From Macrostomum lignano (taxonomy: Eukaryota), in the NCBI GenBank assembly GCA_002269645.1, contig NIVC01003372.1, positions 37,308-101,307 of the forward strand: DNA of 64,000 nt, in the 5' to 3' direction. The position numbers and the translations under genes are program-made. The notes under the pieces were generated by a model that was given only the letters and a program-made list of their open reading frames with translations, was not told the DNA's origin and did no database searches. Below are positions 59,401-64,000 of the stretch, piece after piece; within the stretch, counting starts at the first letter, position 1, and each line of letters opens with the position of its first letter.

Positions 59401-59795
59401 TGACGTTAGTGGCATCTAGAACTAAGCAGTCAACCTGGTGCTCATTTAGACCGCGTTTGATATGTGAGATGAGGCTGCAATGCAGAGCACCGGCAAGGCT
59501 GGAAATATCGGTCTCGATATCCTGTGCAGTATCAATTGTATATATAGTTTGTATAGTTTATAAGTTTTGATGGGCGAAGTTGAATACTTATAATTTAAAT
59601 ACATTGAATATTTAAATTGAAGTCTACCATGGTATAATATTTTTTAATATAATATAATATTAATATATAATTATAATATTTAATATATAATTATAATATA
59701 AAAATTTTTATACTTATACTAAAGAAAGGTGTGGAGTGTACTTACAGACTGCTCACGCAATTTCCAATTGACAGGACCACCAGGACAATGCCACT

Positions 59796-62700
59796 CAGTG
59801 GCGGATCCAGGATTTCTTAAGTGGGGTGGCGGATATGCGAGTACAGAAACTAGAAACTAAGTAATCCCAATCCATCTATCTTTCATCTATGCTCAATACA
59901 AGATCTTGAGAGGATATATCAATTTTTGCATACATTTTAATGCCTAGAGTGGTGCAAATGACTCTGACAAATGAGGGTAGTAGTAGAAGTTGGCTCGGGT
60001 CTCGGGAAGAACTAACCCATTTTGGCCAATATTGACAATTATATTTAGTGAGTTATCAAGGCTTCATTTAAAAGAAAGTCAATGACAATGTGAGAAGACC
60101 AACACTATAATATTTTAATTTGAAATTTGAATAGAATGTACGTGTTGCAGTGAGACGCGAATAAGCAATTGTTAGTAGCAAATAGAGCGTAGAAGAATGG
60201 AAATTGGAATTAACGAATTGGAATCACTTAATTGAAGCAGGCACGGCGATTGACATCCTTTGACAGAAACTTCTCCACAGTTGCATATATTGTACTTGCA
60301 GTATTACAAATCATGTCCTTGTGGATGAAGGCCAATGCCAGTCCATTCAGCCGCTCTTCTCCCATGGTGCTGCGCAAGTAATTCTTTAGGAACTTCAGCG
60401 AAGAGAAGGATCTTTCTCCAGTGGCAGTGGAGACAGGCAGCGTTGCGTAAATGTTCAAGAGAGTGCTGATGTTGGGAAACAGGCTATGGTCGCACTCCAA
60501 GATTGTCTTAGTCAAAGTTGTGGGCCATTTCTGTGGATCCTCCCTTTGCCAGAGTCGCATCCACTGGTTAAATTCTGCTTCAACCTCCTCTTGCTCCTGG
60601 CTTGGCAGAACTGAAGCAAAGTGCTGCATTGATGGCTTGAGCTGAATGAATGGATTTGCATGCTTCTTGGCTGTTGCTGGGATAAGGGCACTGAGTCCAG
60701 AAGCAACGTCAGAAAGGCGTGCAAATCGGTCTTGCAGGTTGACCAGTAGTCCATCCAAGAAGGGAACAAAGATTGTCAAACGCCAGTAGTCCTTGGGATC
60801 AGTAGTAGGAAGATTGGCACGATTCGTTTGACGCGCAACTCGCCTAGGAGGAGTCAAGTCGATTTCAATTGCCTCTGCAGTCTCTAGAATCTTCTCCCAG
60901 AGCTCACTGAACTTCTCTGCAGACTCTTCCCGCCACTTCTGCAGTTGCTCTTGCACATCCGCAATTAGAAACCTGGCGCTTAGCAAATCTATTGCACACT
61001 TCTGGAGAGCTTCTGCCAATCCCTTGGTGAGAGTCAAAGTTACATCCAGAACCACGATTGATACCAGAAACTCTGCGTCCATCGAATTAAGCAGAGCTTT
61101 TGCATTTCTGGATGCTTCTGGGTTGGAATGCTCGCGAACTTCTTCAAGAGCTTGCACGATTGGTATCAGTAGATGTCTTGTTGTTAGAACCGCATCGTGT
61201 CTTTCAATCCAGCGAGTGTCGCATAGGTTCTTCACTCGACGGGTATTGGCCTGATGGTTCTGTGACTTCACTATGTCCTCCAGACACTTCACTCTCTGAG
61301 CAGAACTGTTGAAGAACTTCGCCAGCTCTTGGATGTTTCCCCACGTATTTCTGATGCCAGGGACTTCGCTGCTCTTGCTGATGACCAGATTGAGTTGATG
61401 CGCAGCACAATGAATGTAGATGGCGATGGGGTGCTCTTCTCTGATTATTGCTTGAGCTCCCTTGAACTTGCCGCTCATCGCACTGGCACAATCAAATCCC
61501 AATCCCACCAGCCGCCCTTCCAAGAGAATGCCGAGAGTGACGAACTGGGACAGAATGTTCCTCGCAAGTCCCGCTCCAGTCATGTCCTCTGCAATGGTGA
61601 ATCCCAGAAAGTCTTCACAAATTGCTCCATCAAACACATAGCGAACACATACTGTCAGCTGCTCCTTTGTGGCCTGGTCTGTTGTTTCATCAGCCAGGAT
61701 GGACACAAACTGTGCATTGTTTATCCGCTCCTTCAGGCGGTCCAGAATCACTTCTCCAATGCACTCGATCAGCTCATTCTGAATCGTCTTGCTGGTGTAC
61801 TTAGCGTTGCCGGGTCCAGAGCGCAGATGCTCCTCTAGCCTCTTGTCTCCTGTGTCCACCATTGCTCGCAGGATCTCTCGAAAGAGACCATCATTCTGGC
61901 CAGGTCGGTCGGCAGTCTCTAGCACACCATGATCGTCTCGGTGTCCCCTGAGAGCAGAGCCACTCCTTCCACAGACTAGGATGGCACGCACAATGGAGCT
62001 GAGGATATGCCTGTTCTTTGCAATCTGCTCCTGCCTCTGTGTTGCCAATCGACTGTCAATGTGCTGTTCTGGCACCATTCGCTTGAACTCCTGTGCTCTC
62101 AGTACATTGTCTTTGTGGTAGTTGGTATGCTCGTGAGCGCAGAGATAGCCATCTGCTCCCAAGAGTCTTGCGTACTTTTGCAACGGCTCATGAACTAGTC
62201 TTCCCAATTGGTGACCTTGTTGCCCTTGCTGAGTACCAAATAGCACACAAACTTTGCAGAACAAGCCACTCTTTACATGTGAGTATGCTAACCAGGGTTT
62301 GTCGGCTAGATGACTGTGCCTCAGGAATCTCTTTTCTATTTTGCCCTTTGTCTTTCGCTCTTCAAATGGCATTGGGTAGGAACTGGGGGGCTCCCACGTT
62401 TGCGTCAGGAAGGCTATCTTAGTGGCACTGTCAGCAGCAGGATCGAATAGACCTATGTCAAAGTCAGACAACTTGCTCACTTGTACTTCATTGGCTTCTC
62501 TGGTATCTCCATTGAACTCGGCATCGCATTCAGAGGTGCCGGCTTCAGCTTCGTCTGAATTACGAGTACAAGTTGTAGCAAATTGTTCCGAAACAGCAAC
62601 AGCAGAAGAACTAGGTCTCTCAGCAGTGGCAGCAGCAGCAGGAGCAGCAGAAGAAGAAATGAATCGGATCTCAGCAGCAGTAGAAGCAGCAGATAACTTT

Positions 62701-63614
62701 GCAGCAGCAGTGGCAGGACCAGGTGGTGTAACAAAAAAGTGCGTTAGCAATTTTTGTCGCTTTGCGTCACGCTCTAATGGAGAAGATGCTCGCTTCATTC
62801 TTCGTGATTGTGAATTTGTGCATCATATGTTAAGACTTGCCAAATGGATTTTACGGACTTCAAGTTCAATTGGTGTTGAGTGTAGACAGATAGCCGGGAC
62901 TGGCTCAAACTATTTGTCCTTTGTAGCAGGCTGTTAAGCTTTCGCTGGTTTTCGCAAGACGCATTGACGCAATGTACATTGCTCTCAAGTCTGAACCCCA
63001 AAATGGGGGAGGAAAAGCCTTTCAACCCCTTTTCATTCCATTCCCCCACCCCAAGTCTCTCTCAGAGTCTCAGTGTCTCTCTCACCCACAGACCAAGAAA
63101 TATAACTAGACTGCGCATGAGGGTAAAAAAAGTTGTGCCTTTTTCCTAGTAGGAAAAGTGGCACCCCAGCGCCCACTCCCCACGATCGATAATTGTGCCC
63201 GGCCTTTCTTCTTACCCTCAGCCAACTCAGCTTGTCGGGGTCTCTTTTTTTCCACTGTCATTTGGTCAAAAACAAGCCCAAGCAAGAAATGCGGGATGCG
63301 CAGTCTAGTTATATTTCTTTTCTTGTCTGTGCTCTCACCCTACTCTTACTATCATAACTTAACTTAGCTTCTCTCTTGCCAATGGTTTGGCTAGAAATAA
63401 ATAAAACCGAACCGACAATGTTCCATGGGATGCAATTCCATTCCAAGGAAAAGCAGACAGACCATAGAAGCAATGGAAATATAATGAAGAACTTGACTTT
63501 GGCTTGGGTGAGGAGCCCAAAATTAAAATATCTCCCTTCCATGCAAGTCCAGCCACGGCGAAAGTGGGGGGGCGGCCGCCCCCCCCGCCCCCCCCCCCCC
63601 TGGATCCGCCACTG
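59796..63614 (-). mobile_element. Intact autonomous-type hAT transposon (3819 bp; Tip100-like by terminus and protein type, inferred)
   Basis: 16-bp TIRs CAGTGGCGGATCCAGG / CCTGGATCCGCCACTG; 8-bp TSD ATGCCACT at 59788-59795 and 63615-63622. Confidence 0.95.
60228..62798 (-). CDS. hAT transposase (TTF-type zinc finger, DUF4371, RNase H-like DDE core, hATC dimerisation domain; THAP12/ZMYM1-like)
   Basis: WLAYS..KSGLFCKVC; KYTSKTIQNELI; SILADETTD; FDCASAMSG; HCAAHQLNL; TRW; LPVSTATGERSFS.LK..K.YLRSTM.EERLNGLAL. Uninterrupted 856 aa. Confidence 0.95.
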   Translation of the reverse strand: MKRASSPLERDAKRQKLLTHFFVTPPGPATAAAKLSAASTAAEIRFISSSAAPAAAATAERPSSSAVAVSEQFATTCTRNSDEAEAGTSECDAEFNGDTREANEVQVSKLSDFDIGLFDPAADSATKIAFLTQTWEPPSSYPMPFEERKTKGKIEKRFLRHSHLADKPWLAYSHVKSGLFCKVCVLFGTQQGQQGHQLGRLVHEPLQKYARLLGADGYLCAHEHTNYHKDNVLRAQEFKRMVPEQHIDSRLATQRQEQIAKNRHILSSIVRAILVCGRSGSALRGHRDDHGVLETADRPGQNDGLFREILRAMVDTGDKRLEEHLRSGPGNAKYTSKTIQNELIECIGEVILDRLKERINNAQFVSILADETTDQATKEQLTVCVRYVFDGAICEDFLGFTIAEDMTGAGLARNILSQFVTLGILLEGRLVGLGFDCASAMSGKFKGAQAIIREEHPIAIYIHCAAHQLNLVISKSSEVPGIRNTWGNIQELAKFFNSSAQRVKCLEDIVKSQNHQANTRRVKNLCDTRWIERHDAVLTTRHLLIPIVQALEEVREHSNPEASRNAKALLNSMDAEFLVSIVVLDVTLTLTKGLAEALQKCAIDLLSARFLIADVQEQLQKWREESAEKFSELWEKILETAEAIEIDLTPPRRVARQTNRANLPTTDPKDYWRLTIFVPFLDGLLVNLQDRFARLSDVASGLSALIPATAKKHANPFIQLKPSMQHFASVLPSQEQEEVEAEFNQWMRLWQREDPQKWPTTLTKTILECDHSLFPNISTLLNIYATLPVSTATGERSFSSLKFLKNYLRSTMGEERLNGLALAFIHKDMICNTASTIYATVEKFLSKDVNRRACFN

Positions 63615-64000
63615 ATGCCACTGACCAGCAGGGGGAGCCGGAGCCATATCGTCTGGAGCAACTTCGACAAGCCAGCCTTCTAGCAAGGTGACACCATCAA
63701 ACTCACTGTCCGGTACGATGTTCTTAGCGACTTTGTGATACCGGGTAGTGCGAACTGTGAAATGTTGATTTGAAGTACAGAGTATTTATTGTACTCAGCA
63801 GATGAAGTGAAGTCACGAAGTCTCGAAGTCATATTAAACGAATACATTAGCATAAGAAAAAAGGCTTCCTAACAAACCTTTCAAAACCCTTGCCTCGAAG
63901 CTCAAGAAACTCGGCAACAGTCACTCCAGGTAGTGACCACCTTCCAATGCGGCGCACTGCTGTCCTGGAGAAGCGCCATGAAGGCCCGCAATGGCTCAAA

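Larger units (their letters stand above)
58445..63754 (-). pseudogene. Decayed spliced gene, possibly transposase-like, with exons 63754-63615 + 59795-59746 (split by the hAT), 59521-58960 and 58884-~58445
   Basis: Removing the hAT restores ...EGWLVEVAPDDMAPAPPAGQWH|CPGGPVNWKLREQS with donor GTAAGT (phase 0). This joins gcacag|DIETDISS...FALCCGGS (phase-1 intron 58959-58885) and then AIVESFY...LRTKLQWMLPPL.... In-frame TAG stops at 59192, 58811 and 58733. Family assignment is inference only. Confidence 0.65.

Overview
Eukaryotic (animal) genomic DNA. Short GC-rich exons sit among very abundant mini- and microsatellites, a style I associate with the flatworm Macrostomum, but the species is an inference. 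There are no rRNA, tRNA or CRISPR features, and most ORF-track entries are translations of tandem repeats. Host genes: the 3' coding exon of an HTATSF1/Cus2 homologue (543-1334, +), a three-exon vestigial-like gene with a Vg/TDU motif (20268-24710, +), and a two-exon divergent class A GPCR (27742-29690, +). The right half is a nest of transposons. (1) A 23.4 kb element (33974-57402) bounded by kb-scale terminal inverted repeats and an exact 7-bp target-site duplication (ACTGGAA). (2) Inside it, a full-length Ty3/Gypsy LTR retrotransposon (38275-48118) with apparently identical 870-bp LTRs, ATAT TSD, tRNA-Lys PBS, gag and -1-frame pol. It also has a third ORF in the env position that encodes an HPD-containing DnaJ/Hsp40 J-domain protein. 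(3) Also inside it, a decayed Merlin/IS1595 transposase and a Helitron-like insert in the right TIR. (4) An intact hAT transposon (59796-63614, 16-bp TIRs, 8-bp TSD) inserted in an exon of a decayed, intron-containing minus-strand gene. The top candidates for novelty are the J-domain-carrying Gypsy element, the giant long-TIR element, and intronic minisatellites built from splice-junction sequence.
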